A DNA stretch of 63,889 nt, counting the filler, from Craspedostauros australis (lineage: Eukaryota): the NCBI GenBank assembly GCA_030167865.1. It is 9 parts of 9 records of this genome, joined end to end, with 100 filler letters (N's around TTAATTAATTAA, not from the genome) between each part and the next. Parts side by side here need not be neighbours in the genome. Positions count along the whole stretch, not along the records: positions 10,851 to 28,406 come from JALAGF010004249.1; positions 28,507 to 40,502 come from JALAGF010004251.1; 7 more parts are not named here. One strand, given 5' to 3'. A program made the position numbers and the translations under genes. Below are positions 23,701 through 33,913 of the stretch, in pieces. Within the stretch, counting starts at the first letter, position 1. Each line of letters starts with the position of its first letter. The notes beneath the pieces are model-generated. The model was not told the DNA's origin. It was given only the letters and a program-made list of their open reading frames with translations, and searched no databases.

Positions 23701-24451
23701 GCAGTTGATTCTGTTGCTGCTGCTGTTGCTGCGGTTGCAGTCTCTGAAGTTGCTGCATTTGCTGTTGCTGCGGATGTTGCGGCGGCGGGTGCTGCCTGGA
23801 GGGAGCTGGATGCCGTGGGGCAATAGGAGAGAGGGCCATTGGGTTCCCTGCCCTATCCAAACCATGTTGCTGCTGCTGCTGATGCTGCTGCTGCTGGTAG
23901 TGCGGAGGTTGGCGTTGATGCTGCGGTTGATAGCGCTGATTTCCGTGGCTTTGCATTTGTGGATGTTGGTGTTGACGATTCTGTTGTTGGGGATGACGCT
24001 GCTGCTGCTGATGCTGGCCTTGCATATGCATGTGCATGGTGTTCATGTTGTTGAGATTGGCTGGATTCATGTTCATCGGATGCATGTTTCCGCCGTTCAT
24101 GTTGATGTTGGCATTCATGTTCATATTAGCATTCATGTTTGTGTCCACGCCCACGTTCATGCGCATCTGCAGGGGATTGAGACCAGACCCCATGGAAGGG
24201 CTGAGATTGGAGGGTTGTGTGGGACCGCGGTTGTTCATGCCCCCCACTTGGCCTCCCACTTGGCCTCCACCAGGATTTGTCGCTGGAAGCGGATCAATGG
24301 TCTCAGGAAAGCGATTCCCGAAGGCAGCGCCAGCGTCGAGATCTTCGGCCATCGGCTCCAGCAACTGCATGGGGTTTTCCGGAAGGTCTTCAATGTGGGG
24401 CATGTTGTCCACAACATCATCGAATGACTCTTCTTCCGTGTCAGGTTGCAT
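20756..24451 (-). CDS. Large Q/M/N-rich nuclear protein with divergent DUF6824-like domain (1231 aa)
   Basis: Uninterrupted ORF with a long poly-Q N-terminus; central PTKVDVI...HAGNIYY...GGRFLK...RLSKVIHAIR; several basic NLS; acidic C-tail. Confidence 0.8.
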   Translation of the reverse strand: MQPDTEEESFDDVVDNMPHIEDLPENPMQLLEPMAEDLDAGAAFGNRFPETIDPLPATNPGGGQVGGQVGGMNNRGPTQPSNLSPSMGSGLNPLQMRMNVGVDTNMNANMNMNANINMNGGNMHPMNMNPANLNNMNTMHMHMQGQHQQQQRHPQQQNRQHQHPQMQSHGNQRYQPQHQRQPPHYQQQQHQQQQQHGLDRAGNPMALSPIAPRHPAPSRQHPPPQHPQQQQMQQLQRLQPQQQQQQQNQLRPQLQPQPQPQQQEKKNPQEQSQPQPKPHQQKKQQPRPRPQPPSQQQPKAKKRKDQQQLQQQEHEQQLKKKPRQQQQQKPKSQHKTQKQQRKANRQASDISPSMSRSMAKPRVSAALASKPAKSTKSGFPDLETINEDREMNAKKKKKANPQDVNNKEAGTNAGPPADADADVGLERSTAPDAELQGNKPAVPAPIPWGPKKTARSSRKSAPTPEELIPFVPTKVDVISTKLRTWNIKHAGNIYYTKIIQLAMQCLQSERPDEVRLLARCVVHEICTVLGGRFLKLKDGEKDSTMCVVMTTKTRLSKVIHAIRTAKFGRTHTGAPNFKGAKKKKPADAMAAQQTNAQPGTLASNQDESKGTGQQQQSQQSQKNDDDGRQAKTEIDFAKSESDFLAAVEIARAEHEAGDHTLLTPELFAKSTIKPKKSPGAKSRISPKGASGSSKKKKKTSKASKEDKPKEPEKDLSSFRQVFTFKINPNFNNRKSTIRYIMKIDSLARFATHVANGSNSSSTNPNAAIATASSRNRALCRNSKNSDIAKTTTGETSLTPSLSTLPTSATRGDFTDEPSLHYALECMLLICNTTETHSDPKHAYYVLDEPLPGYTEERRKHKPSDSEDSKTTNQSATTMTAPKIESKEFFQIRRLLQHRYAATTRSRISPIEFTRRLLRLWNNVAILEQIDLTAPNADVFAPAPSTKRTATKKRTMAAAAGTTTPGGPKKSDTKKKRKLGTPNMKPHFGGLDSTSNASTPVVADGVTARTNSNDGNLSQGNVNDGHEHEHPMTTSPSSTIAPQPTVQIDADVDEEMGAADGDESRLDATRPSNTTTAEIVEIRHDKEAMVNEAADVSTKPGAASKSSPNAGFKRPRITRTEMDLDDKPDAGLDTGDDSETDDDDDDDISEDDDYEEEDDVEDEELILEPPDESVIKMSRTGRRSVQKSRRSKSANKPARFKRVAVKTANKKLVLDQPPRTHDLIDSDDDESF

Positions 24452-25177
24452 CCTTGTCTATTGTGCTCGTACGTGTGGATCTAGGTGCACTAGTTTGGGA
24501 AGCGCTCGTCCTCTGTGACAAAGCACACGCTCTGACAGGATTACGAGTACTGTGGCGGCAAGCTCTCGGGATGGTGCTTGCATCCAAAGCAAGAGGACTC
24601 GTGTTGGCGCTCACGCTGGCTGTCCTGCAGGTTGCAAGTCTCCAAAGAGGCAGTAGATCAGGGCACCAGGTCCGAGAAGATGAAGAAGGCGATCAAAAGC
24701 GTTGATCTTGGGCGGAATGAGAATGGAGGGCGCCTCCGACAGAGTGAGCGAAAAGATACTGGTTTGGCCGCGACGGTTGGTGTTGTTTTTGTTGGTTGGA
24801 GCGGTTGTCTCCAACACGATGGCGGCGTTCAGTTTCGGGTCAAGATCATTTCGGGGGTGCTTTAGTTCATTTCGGGGTGGGAACCGTGCATTCTGGCCAA
24901 TGATGTCCCCCTAATATTAAGGAGTCGCGGTAAATTAAAATAATATAGGAACAAAAGGGAGAAAAGGAAGGAATGTGACGTGCACAATGGTGCACCAGAG
25001 CAACGAGTACAGTTCCAACCATCATCATAGAGAGCAGATCATGCAAGCACAAGCAACAAGCACCCTCACAACATTGCACCTTCAGTGACAGAGACAGCAG
25101 CAGACGAAACGAGACGACGAAGACAGGCACTTGCGGCATCGCCGGAGAGCAGTGCGCCTCTTCAAGATCGCAAAGGC

Positions 25178-27877
25178 ATGAATGCGTTTCGCCAACAAGC
25201 GACGAAGGGGATCTCCCAGCGGCAGCGGGCGGTCCTTGATGCGACATTGCAGGCCTCGAGAGCAGCAAGGCCGGTGCAGAAGAGGCTGGGCCGTTCGCAG
25301 CCAACTCGAAGCCATATGTTTTCCACATCTCGGTGCTTCAGCACAATGGCATCTGCCATCAAGAGTACTCGCGTGCAAGTCTGCACGAATGATCAATCAG
25401 ATACCCAGACGCAGAGAGCCATGAGCGCTGCCACTCAGCCGAATGCAGCTGGTGATGCGGACTCCATGCATCCTGATGTCATCCACTTTGATCATCTCAG
25501 AAAGGCCACCGCTGCACTTCTGCAATCGGTTCCGCGACTCTCTCAGCAACAGCATGGATTGAGGCATGCACGTGGGCGATCATCTGCTGGAAGCATCGCC
25601 GCCGGCTTTGCTCAAGCAACAGACTTCGGTTCTGGCGAGAAAGATCACGACCACGACCATCTCATTAGGTGGTGGCAGGAGGCTGTACACCTTCTGAAAG
25701 GTTGGAGTCGGTATGAGGCACCATCTCCATCCTTCAATCCATCACAATCAAACAAATCCACAGATGCCCCCAACCACCCTCCCGACATTGACATCATCTG
25801 CTGCTTTCAGATCATGAACCAAATGCATCAGATCATCACGCAGGTCTGTCCAGCTCCTCAGGATGGAATGGTCGACCCGTACGTACTCGATCACTTCTTC
25901 ACGCATCCCATCCACCGAGTGGACAGCCATCTGCTCAATAACATCGTTTGGAAGTGGAACAAGGTGTGGTCGCAGCGACAGCCGCGATCGTCTCGTCAAC
26001 ACCAACAACGAATGCGAGATCAACGTCGACATCCAGCACAACGGCAGCGTGATTCGATTGGCGCATCAAAGAAACCAAATGATAGCTCTCTGGATCTCTG
26101 GACACCGTCCAAGTTGGTGGAACAGCTTGACAAGTACCACCGGTGCTCCTTGATCGAGCCCAATGTCAGAACGTACAACGTCATCGTCGACACCACAACG
26201 CTGTTTCACCCGGAAGATGTCGACGAGGGCATACCCTACGCGGAATCCATGGTCCACCGCATGCTGGAGGTCAGCCGGAATACCAATGAGTCCATGCCGA
26301 TGCTCATTGATGCAATCACCATCGGCACCATCATGAAGGCATGGCTCAAGGCGCGTTCGCAAGAGACGCCGGAGAAGGTCGAGTACTGGTTCAAAACTCT
26401 GCACTCGCTCTGGGAGGAGGACTACCAACATCAGCAGCACCAGCAGGATCATGCCGTGCAACAGCTCCTGCGATCCAGCCGCTTCGTGAGCGACTCAAAT
26501 GTGCAGAACCAGATATCCACCCTGCTGCAACCCAACCGCGTCCACTACTCCATCGCCATGCAGGCCTGGGCCAACGCGGGTTATCCCAACAAGGCGCAAG
26601 CCCTCATGCAGGAGATGATGAGCGCCTTCCATCTCTACCGCCGCCGCGAGCAGTGGAATTTGGCGCGCGCAGTCTGTCCCGACACCGTCCTCTTCAACTC
26701 CCTCCTCTCCGCATGGGCCAAGTCCAACCAGCACAAGAATCAGGCACCGCAACATGCCCAGAAGATCATTCAGCGCATGAATGAGATCCAGGCGATTCTG
26801 TCCGGCGATGGGATCCACCATGATGGCTTCGACAGCAATGATAGTGTCAATGATGATGATGATGATGATGATGATGCTACGAGCATGGCAGACGAGCTGT
26901 CGAGTGCAATGAAATTCCCTGAAGCAAAATGGAACGCACAGCTCGACGTCGTCAACTGCGAGCCAGATCAGTACACGTTGTCCAACATCTTGGTGTGCTG
27001 GACACGATCCGGGTTGCCGAACGCCGTCGACAAAGCAGAAGAGCTGCTGGAAGAGATGGAGCGTACATGGGCGAGTGGCGAATCTCCCGTGGGTCCCAAC
27101 ATCGTCGCCTACAACACCATCATGATGGGACATGCGAGGAATGGGAATGAGGAGAAGGCGCAGAAACTGTTCAAGAAGATCGTGCAGTTGGAAAAGCAGT
27201 ACCTCCTGTCCGACCAGAGACATTACGGTTTGGTATCCGCTGACAACATTCCCAGGCCTGACACCATGACCTACAACAGCCTCCTGCAGGCTTGGTCCAA
27301 CTCCAAACGAACGGAGGCGCCTGACCAGGCGATGCGCATCCTCGATCGAATGGTGGCTAATAACAGCGTGCGCCCCGATGCCTTCACATTCGCTGGCATC
27401 CTCAAGTGCTGGTACAAGGTCGGCGCGGGACGCCATAGCAAACACCACAGCGCCAACATGCACAGCCCGCTTACGGCCGCGCAAACGGGCCACGACGTGT
27501 TGCACAGCATGCAGTCCACGTACAACGTGCGTCCCAACACCATCTGCTACAATGCCGTCCTGCAGGCATGGTACCACGTCGCGAGAACCGATGGCGAGAT
27601 GGCCGTGCAACGCAGCGTCGCCCTGCTGCATGAGATGCTGCAGGAATCCGTGGTGCCGGACGAATACACGCTGGGTTGGCTGCTGGAGACCATCCGGTCT
27701 GATAAGAAGAGTAGCGCGATCACGAGATGGAATCGCGCGCAGCAGATCGTGCACGTCATGTCGAACGCCCATGTGTCTCCGAATAGGAAATCTCGAAAGC
27801 TACTGGAACGATTGGAAAGACATGCGAGGGCGCAAACTCTACTTGCGGGGAAAGGCATGGAATCGAAGGGAAACTGA
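25178..27877 (+). CDS. Pentatricopeptide repeat (PPR) protein, probably mitochondrial
   Basis: Repeats PNVRTYNVIV, PNRVHYSIAMQAWA, PDTVLFNSLLSAWA, PNIVAYNTIMMGHA, PDTMTYNSLLQAWS, PDAFTFAGILKCW, PNTICYNAVLQAW. First in-frame ATG at 25178 gives an Arg/Ser-rich presequence. Confidence 0.92.
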   Translation: MNAFRQQATKGISQRQRAVLDATLQASRAARPVQKRLGRSQPTRSHMFSTSRCFSTMASAIKSTRVQVCTNDQSDTQTQRAMSAATQPNAAGDADSMHPDVIHFDHLRKATAALLQSVPRLSQQQHGLRHARGRSSAGSIAAGFAQATDFGSGEKDHDHDHLIRWWQEAVHLLKGWSRYEAPSPSFNPSQSNKSTDAPNHPPDIDIICCFQIMNQMHQIITQVCPAPQDGMVDPYVLDHFFTHPIHRVDSHLLNNIVWKWNKVWSQRQPRSSRQHQQRMRDQRRHPAQRQRDSIGASKKPNDSSLDLWTPSKLVEQLDKYHRCSLIEPNVRTYNVIVDTTTLFHPEDVDEGIPYAESMVHRMLEVSRNTNESMPMLIDAITIGTIMKAWLKARSQETPEKVEYWFKTLHSLWEEDYQHQQHQQDHAVQQLLRSSRFVSDSNVQNQISTLLQPNRVHYSIAMQAWANAGYPNKAQALMQEMMSAFHLYRRREQWNLARAVCPDTVLFNSLLSAWAKSNQHKNQAPQHAQKIIQRMNEIQAILSGDGIHHDGFDSNDSVNDDDDDDDDATSMADELSSAMKFPEAKWNAQLDVVNCEPDQYTLSNILVCWTRSGLPNAVDKAEELLEEMERTWASGESPVGPNIVAYNTIMMGHARNGNEEKAQKLFKKIVQLEKQYLLSDQRHYGLVSADNIPRPDTMTYNSLLQAWSNSKRTEAPDQAMRILDRMVANNSVRPDAFTFAGILKCWYKVGAGRHSKHHSANMHSPLTAAQTGHDVLHSMQSTYNVRPNTICYNAVLQAWYHVARTDGEMAVQRSVALLHEMLQESVVPDEYTLGWLLETIRSDKKSSAITRWNRAQQIVHVMSNAHVSPNRKSRKLLERLERHARAQTLLAGKGMESKGN

Positions 27878-28534
27878 TTGATTATGAGCACAAGGCATGA
27901 GCCATTTACCCCTGACGTGGTCTCTACTGTGCTGCGTACGATTCAGCCGCTGATGCCCTGTCTAACGCCCAATTAACCGAAATAACGCTCGCGTCTCCTT
28001 GGTCCCCTCGATATGCGGTGGCTGTGGTTCCGTCAGATCGTCTCATTCTCTCGCTGTCATTGTCGCTCTTTCTCGTACGGTATGTACCTGCTGCATGCCC
28101 TCACATTAGGACACCACAGGGCGCTCATCCCATCCACTGAAGAGTTACTCCTCAGCAGACCATCCGGTGGGTACTGTCGCGCAGCTTCGATGCATTAGAA
28201 GAGAATTCGCTGAGCTTGCTCTCTCCTTCGTGGTCCCAGCTGAGGCTTGGTCAGCATGTCAGCCAGATTGGTTTCCGATGGTTCATACTGAATGGTTGCC
28301 ACTCCAGCAGCCACATTCTCTCGAACGAAGTGATATGCAATTGCGTTGGCCTTCTTCCTGAGTTGTGATTCGGGTGCAGATGTGTTGTAGACGACGCTCT
28401 GATTGTNNNNNNNNNNNNNNNNNNNNNNNNNNNNNNNNNNNNNNNNNNNNTTAATTAATTAANNNNNNNNNNNNNNNNNNNNNNNNNNNNNNNNNNNNNN
28501 NNNNNNAGACACAGACGCAGGAGCTTCATCCGAG

Positions 28535-31500
28535 ATGGTCCATCAGCCATTCTTCGGAAGGACGGCAGAAATCAACAAGCTCAAATCCATCCAACGCAGA
28601 ATCATGAAGGACAGCAGCGATTCAAGCCATTCATCGACCGCATACCCAGCCGTGCTGGTGTGGGGAACAAGCGGAACGGGAAAATCCTGCATGATCGAGC
28701 AGTTCATCGATGAAACCTGCTGCACTTGCAAGGCAGCAACGACGAATACGCCATCGCGGGCATCAGCGGACGCAGACAATGGGACCAACCACTGTTCGTG
28801 TTGCTACGTCTTGCGCGGAAAGTACGATGAAGGAACAGGTGGAAGCGAGCCATTCTCTGGCATCATCCAGGCTCTCGATGATTTGGCCATGCAACTCCGT
28901 CACGGTCCGCAGGAGGAGCTTGACCGAGTGCGATCTTTGATTCGGAATGCGTTCAGTAACAACAGAAAAAGGGCGAACAAAGCCAACAATGCTGCAGGTC
29001 TCACCCACAATACTCATAATGACGATGAGCAAGCGAAGAAGCCAGGCACGGACTCTGGACTGGAGCTCTCTGGTCTCACGACGTTGGTGCCGTCGCTCTC
29101 CATTCTCTTGAGTACTGGTGGTGCCGTGACTAGCCCATCCATCGTATCTCAATCAACCAAGTCTCTTGCATCAGGGGGTAACACCAACCCACATGACGAC
29201 CAGGCATCTTTGGCGCATGTGCCGATCTCCGCTTCTTCATCAGCTGGAAGCTCCCGAAACGCGTGGAACCGTCTCCAGTACGTCTTCATCCAGTTCATGA
29301 AGGCCATCTCCACGCCCACCAAGCCCATCTATCTCTTCCTCGACGATTTGCAGTGGTCATCACCTGTGGGATTGGAGCTGCTTGCAGCGCTCATCTCGGA
29401 TTCCGACATGAACAGTTTCATGTTGCTTGGTGCCATCCGGCAGGACACGGATCCACACAACGATGAGATCGTCGAGCTGGAAGTGGACGCACCTTTGCGG
29501 ACGTCATTCCTCGATCGTTTGGTGTCGTCCGATGATGATGATGACGCGGCCGCTGTTGATGTTGCTGGTGGTGGCATCGGCGCAAATGCCGCGGACACTC
29601 ACCAAGGCGAAAAGAACTCAAGCGGAACAGGTCAACATGCCTCAGGCAAGGCAATGGAAGGACACCATCAGCCACATCTCGAACAGATCACCATCGCCAA
29701 CCTCTCCCTGGATGACACGACCCAGTGGCTCTCCGACATGTTCGACCGTTCGCAAGATGATGCTGACTTGCGCGTCCTCACGAAGAAGCTCCACAAGAAG
29801 ACACGCGGCAACGTCCTCTTCACGCTCCAAGCCATCGAGGAGCTGAAGCGCAAGAACATCATCGTGTTCAGCCGCATCACGTTCATGTGGGAATGGAATC
29901 TTCCAAGGAAGAACAAGCGCCAGAACGCAAACGTATCGATCGGCTTCGAGAACAACAGTGCTCCTCATGGTGGCCTTGGTGGCACCGGCCACGATGGTGG
30001 GAGCGATGCTCGGAATGATGACGACGAGGATGACGATGATGATCTTCCCATCAGCGACAACATTGTCGCTATCATCGAGACTCAGCTCAGACAGCTACCA
30101 GATGATGTTCAGCACGTGCTGTCGATCGCATCGTACATTCGAGCTCGCTTCGACCTCTTCACCCTCCACAAGGTGCTGGAACACGAGCAAGCACATGCTG
30201 TCAACATCAGCGACGCCAGCGACGCCAGCGACACCAGCAACACCAGCAACACCCACGCTGGTGGCCCCAACAGCAGAAAACAGGCCACCGATCAACCTGC
30301 ACAGACGGGTTTATGGACACAATCCAGGGTCGCATCTGTCCTGCAACAAGCCGTCACTGAACGACTCGTTATCAAGTCAATCACCGCCAAGGACAGATAC
30401 CAGTTCGTCCACGATCGAATCCAGCAAGCCGCATCCGGACTCGTTCCGTACGGCGAGATCAGGGACAAGCTGAGGGTGAGGATCGGCCATTGTCTGCTGG
30501 ACATGTGCACAGCATCACAACCAAGCTCCCCCGTTGAACTTCCAGCCAGGCATCAGGATGGCCGACAGGATGATCAACACGACATCCGCCACGAGCGTGC
30601 CAAGCACAGTGCCAAGGATGATGGAATCGACAACGTCGAACCATTGCAGATGGAAGACTCGCAAGAAAAGTCTCCGCATGACCATCCACATCCATCCCAA
30701 CAGGACGACGCACTCCTCTTCGTCGCAGCGGACCATCTCAATAGCGTCCAAACGAAGGATCACATGTTCTCCGTCACCATGAACCTCCGAGTTGGCAAGA
30801 AGGCACTGCAGATGGCCGCCCTCGCGGCCGCCGCTGGATATCTGCACAAGGCGTCCAACGCTCTCAAGCGAGTACGAAAGCCGTGGGAAGACCACTACGA
30901 CCTATCACTCCAACTATGCCAAGCCAGAGCTGAGGTCGAGCTGTCTCTCGGCCACTTCGAGCTTGGATACAGGCTCTGCAACGAAGTGGTTGACAAGGCC
31001 AAGACGCTGGACCAGAAGCTCCAGACGTACTTCTTGATGGCGCATGCATTGGGGCGAGAGAACAAGCACGTGGAGTCGCTGTCATTGAGTCTGAGTGTGG
31101 CTCACATGCTCAATGTCCTTCCCCGTCGCTGTTACCTAATGCACATCACGAGGGACATACTGAAGATCAGGTCGTACTTGAAGAATCACACAGATGACGA
31201 GATCTTGGAGTTGCCGTTGTTAGATGACCAGCGGATGGGTATTGCCATGCGAATATGTAGCGAAATCGTGTATCGAGGCATGATTGTGAATGATACCATG
31301 CTGTTTCTACTCCAGGGATGCAAACTGATCAAAATGACCATGAAGTACGGAATTTGTGTGGGATCGGCCATTGGCTTCATGACGATGGGCATGATATTCG
31401 ACAGGCTCATGAACGATTACGCTTCTGCGTTACGTTGTGCCAACATCGCACTGAGGATGATGAAGCTGACGGGTTGGGACTACTTTGCTGGACTGGTTGA

Positions 31501-32524
31501 CATCGGCACCAATGAGTACATCTACCGATTCAGCCTGCCGGATGAAGAGATTGATCGCCTCAATCGCAGCGCATATCACCGTTCAATGAAAGCAGGCGAT
31601 TTCGAAGTTGGACTTCTGATGCTGAAGTTTCGCTACGTCGCCCACTACTTGCAGGACTACACTTTGCAGGAGATGGGCGAAAGCATCGAGCATGCCTTAC
31701 AACAATCACAAATCTACCGAGTGACCTCCATGGATGAGACTTCAATTACACTCCTGCGACTTTCGAAGACTTTGAGATGCGCGGAGAAGACTGATTGGGC
31801 GCGCATCGAAGTTCAGTCGCAAAGAGATCTCAGGAGGGATCCGCCAGATCTCTCGCGACTGTACGACATCAAATGGGAGTTCTTCACCTCTTCCGCCTTG
31901 GCCTACTACGATGGGAGGCATGAGCTTTCCTACCGGTTGATGCGGCTTTTCCGGCATGTGGCAGACAAGAACGAACCATTCCAACTCATCAAGCATCGCC
32001 TGTTCCTGTCAGGTTTAACAGCGTCCGCCATGTACAAGCAGACCAAGCAAGGCATGTACAGAAGAAAGCTGTGCTCCCAGCTGAAGACTCTGCGAACCAT
32101 CGTGGCCAACAAAGGGGACAGCCTCTGTCTCTGCAAGCTGCTGATGGAAGCAGAGCATCAATCTTTGTCGGATGCGAAAGGCAACCCTGCCAAGATCCAA
32201 AAAGTCTTGAATGCGTACGAAGCTGTCATCCAAGCAGCAGTCAAGGAAACATCCATGCAGATCACTGCATTGGGGTACGATCTCGCCGCAGAGTATCTCA
32301 TCCGATGCAAAGAGCAAGCAGGAGGTCAACGAGGAAGGGGCAACGGCGGCGATGGTGATGGCGATGGTTCCGGTTTGGAAGAAATCGTTTCGGACGGTGC
32401 CATCAGGCAGTACCTGCTGCAGGCCCTGGATCATTACCATGCCTGGGGATGTCAATTGAGGATTGACTACATCGTGAGGCATCGAAGGGAGTACGTCGGG
32501 AACTGGCATCCAACAAAACCGTAA
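28535..32524 (+). CDS. STAND-class P-loop ATPase (AAA_16 / COG3899-like) with C-terminal helical TPR-like region (1329 aa)
   Basis: FFGRTAEI..L, Walker A GTSGTGKS, GKYDE...PFSGII, Walker B LFLDDLQW, KTRGNVLF, YQFVHDRIQQAA. Starts 28 nt after a gap, so the N-terminus may be incomplete. Confidence 0.88.
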   Translation: MVHQPFFGRTAEINKLKSIQRRIMKDSSDSSHSSTAYPAVLVWGTSGTGKSCMIEQFIDETCCTCKAATTNTPSRASADADNGTNHCSCCYVLRGKYDEGTGGSEPFSGIIQALDDLAMQLRHGPQEELDRVRSLIRNAFSNNRKRANKANNAAGLTHNTHNDDEQAKKPGTDSGLELSGLTTLVPSLSILLSTGGAVTSPSIVSQSTKSLASGGNTNPHDDQASLAHVPISASSSAGSSRNAWNRLQYVFIQFMKAISTPTKPIYLFLDDLQWSSPVGLELLAALISDSDMNSFMLLGAIRQDTDPHNDEIVELEVDAPLRTSFLDRLVSSDDDDDAAAVDVAGGGIGANAADTHQGEKNSSGTGQHASGKAMEGHHQPHLEQITIANLSLDDTTQWLSDMFDRSQDDADLRVLTKKLHKKTRGNVLFTLQAIEELKRKNIIVFSRITFMWEWNLPRKNKRQNANVSIGFENNSAPHGGLGGTGHDGGSDARNDDDEDDDDDLPISDNIVAIIETQLRQLPDDVQHVLSIASYIRARFDLFTLHKVLEHEQAHAVNISDASDASDTSNTSNTHAGGPNSRKQATDQPAQTGLWTQSRVASVLQQAVTERLVIKSITAKDRYQFVHDRIQQAASGLVPYGEIRDKLRVRIGHCLLDMCTASQPSSPVELPARHQDGRQDDQHDIRHERAKHSAKDDGIDNVEPLQMEDSQEKSPHDHPHPSQQDDALLFVAADHLNSVQTKDHMFSVTMNLRVGKKALQMAALAAAAGYLHKASNALKRVRKPWEDHYDLSLQLCQARAEVELSLGHFELGYRLCNEVVDKAKTLDQKLQTYFLMAHALGRENKHVESLSLSLSVAHMLNVLPRRCYLMHITRDILKIRSYLKNHTDDEILELPLLDDQRMGIAMRICSEIVYRGMIVNDTMLFLLQGCKLIKMTMKYGICVGSAIGFMTMGMIFDRLMNDYASALRCANIALRMMKLTGWDYFAGLVDIGTNEYIYRFSLPDEEIDRLNRSAYHRSMKAGDFEVGLLMLKFRYVAHYLQDYTLQEMGESIEHALQQSQIYRVTSMDETSITLLRLSKTLRCAEKTDWARIEVQSQRDLRRDPPDLSRLYDIKWEFFTSSALAYYDGRHELSYRLMRLFRHVADKNEPFQLIKHRLFLSGLTASAMYKQTKQGMYRRKLCSQLKTLRTIVANKGDSLCLCKLLMEAEHQSLSDAKGNPAKIQKVLNAYEAVIQAAVKETSMQITALGYDLAAEYLIRCKEQAGGQRGRGNGGDGDGDGSGLEEIVSDGAIRQYLLQALDHYHAWGCQLRIDYIVRHRREYVGNWHPTKP

Positions 32525-32924
32525 CAGAAGACTAGAACGAGCGAAGGACGATTGAATGGAACAATTGATAGTATCGCTTTGGTTTCGGATGGATCATTTG
32601 GAACTGCTCTGTTGGTCCCATACCTCAAGTTGGCGTGGAAAGCAGTTGGCGTAGTTTCGGTTTCGTCGCATCGGCAGTGGGCAGCATTACCTCCGTACGC
32701 TTTCCCATTACGAAACGCGTACAGGGTTGGATCAGACAAACACAAAAGTATGGTATGGCGCCATCGAACGCCGTAGTTTGTTGTGACGCTGTCTCCTCTC
32801 CTCACGCGCTCTGCATGTTTCATTTTCAACACTTCATCGCATCAACATCACGAGTACAAGGATGGCAACAAGCGCAAGTTGCTACACCAATAGACCACCC
32901 TTTCGTGGCACGTCCTCGTCCAAT

Positions 32925-33231
32925 CGAGTAGCTCGTACAAATATTGTGGACCTCGCCGCGACTGGTTGGAGTGGTTGGATTACATGCAGTTGGTCAACAC
33001 AAAATGTGGCTTGCCAATGACGAAGGAGATAGGGGTGCATGTTGGTGTTAGTGTTGGTGTTGGTGATATGAAGATTGGGATGGTGGGCAGTCACGGTGGT
33101 GTGTGAAATGCCAGGACCATCATTGAAGGATGCTGGGCAAGCAAATAGGGATCCTCCCCATGGCGTAAAGTCCATGGTAGTTGCAATGATCTCTTGAAAT
33201 GATTTGCCAGCATGCACGTACGAGCTACTCG
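32925..33231. mobile_element. MITE-like element, 307 bp, with perfect 14-bp terminal inverted repeats
   Basis: CGAGTAGCTCGTAC (32925-32938) and its exact reverse complement GTACGAGCTACTCG (33218-33231); non-coding interior; no clear TSD. Confidence 0.55.
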
Positions 33232-33913
33232 TCGAAATGAGCTGCCGATAGTATCCCCGTCAACGTCGCTTGCGGAATCGTGGAATTGCGGCCGCAGTCT
33301 TGTGCACCGCTGCTGCTGCTGGACAGAGTGCACCCTTCTCCGCTGCAATGAGCAGAGGCGGGTATTGCACCTTCCCATCACGATCTAGAGGGCGCGAGAA
33401 TGTTGCTTCCGGTGCCAATGTCGTAGGTACCACGTTCTGTCCACTGGCCTAAGACACCCAAATGTGGCACTGCCCGATATGCTATTTTGTATCCGCATGA
33501 TCTAGATAGGGAAGAGCGAGACGCTCCATCTGGCCACGCAGCTCCCGCTTGAACTCAGAGCAACCGATGATGGCGAGGTTGGATTGCAGTGGTTTGTAGA
33601 GGCACTCATCGTCGCATCGTCGCATGATCGCGCTTGAAAGCAGGGCGAGGACACGCGCATCGCGCAACTTGTGACGACGCATTTCGTTGTCGCGCAGGGC
33701 AAAGACGCGGCAGCGCCAACGATAATGTTCGCAGCCGCAGCGCAGCGCACCAGGGAGATTAGTCGACACGGATTCAATTGGAGGATTCTGGCTCGTCTGC
33801 TGCAATGGCAACTCCGGACGGTAGAGTACTCGAAGTCTCAATTGAGCACATTTCGAATATATAATAAATTATGTAGTTTTGGAACGTGTGGGTGCATGTA
33901 TACCATATCACGG

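Noticed and set aside
26495..27772. Long antisense ORFs (also 16962-17942, 33671-34807, 53342-54313, 55313-56209)
   Set aside because: They mirror well-supported genes on the other strand, arise from codon bias, and show no motifs.
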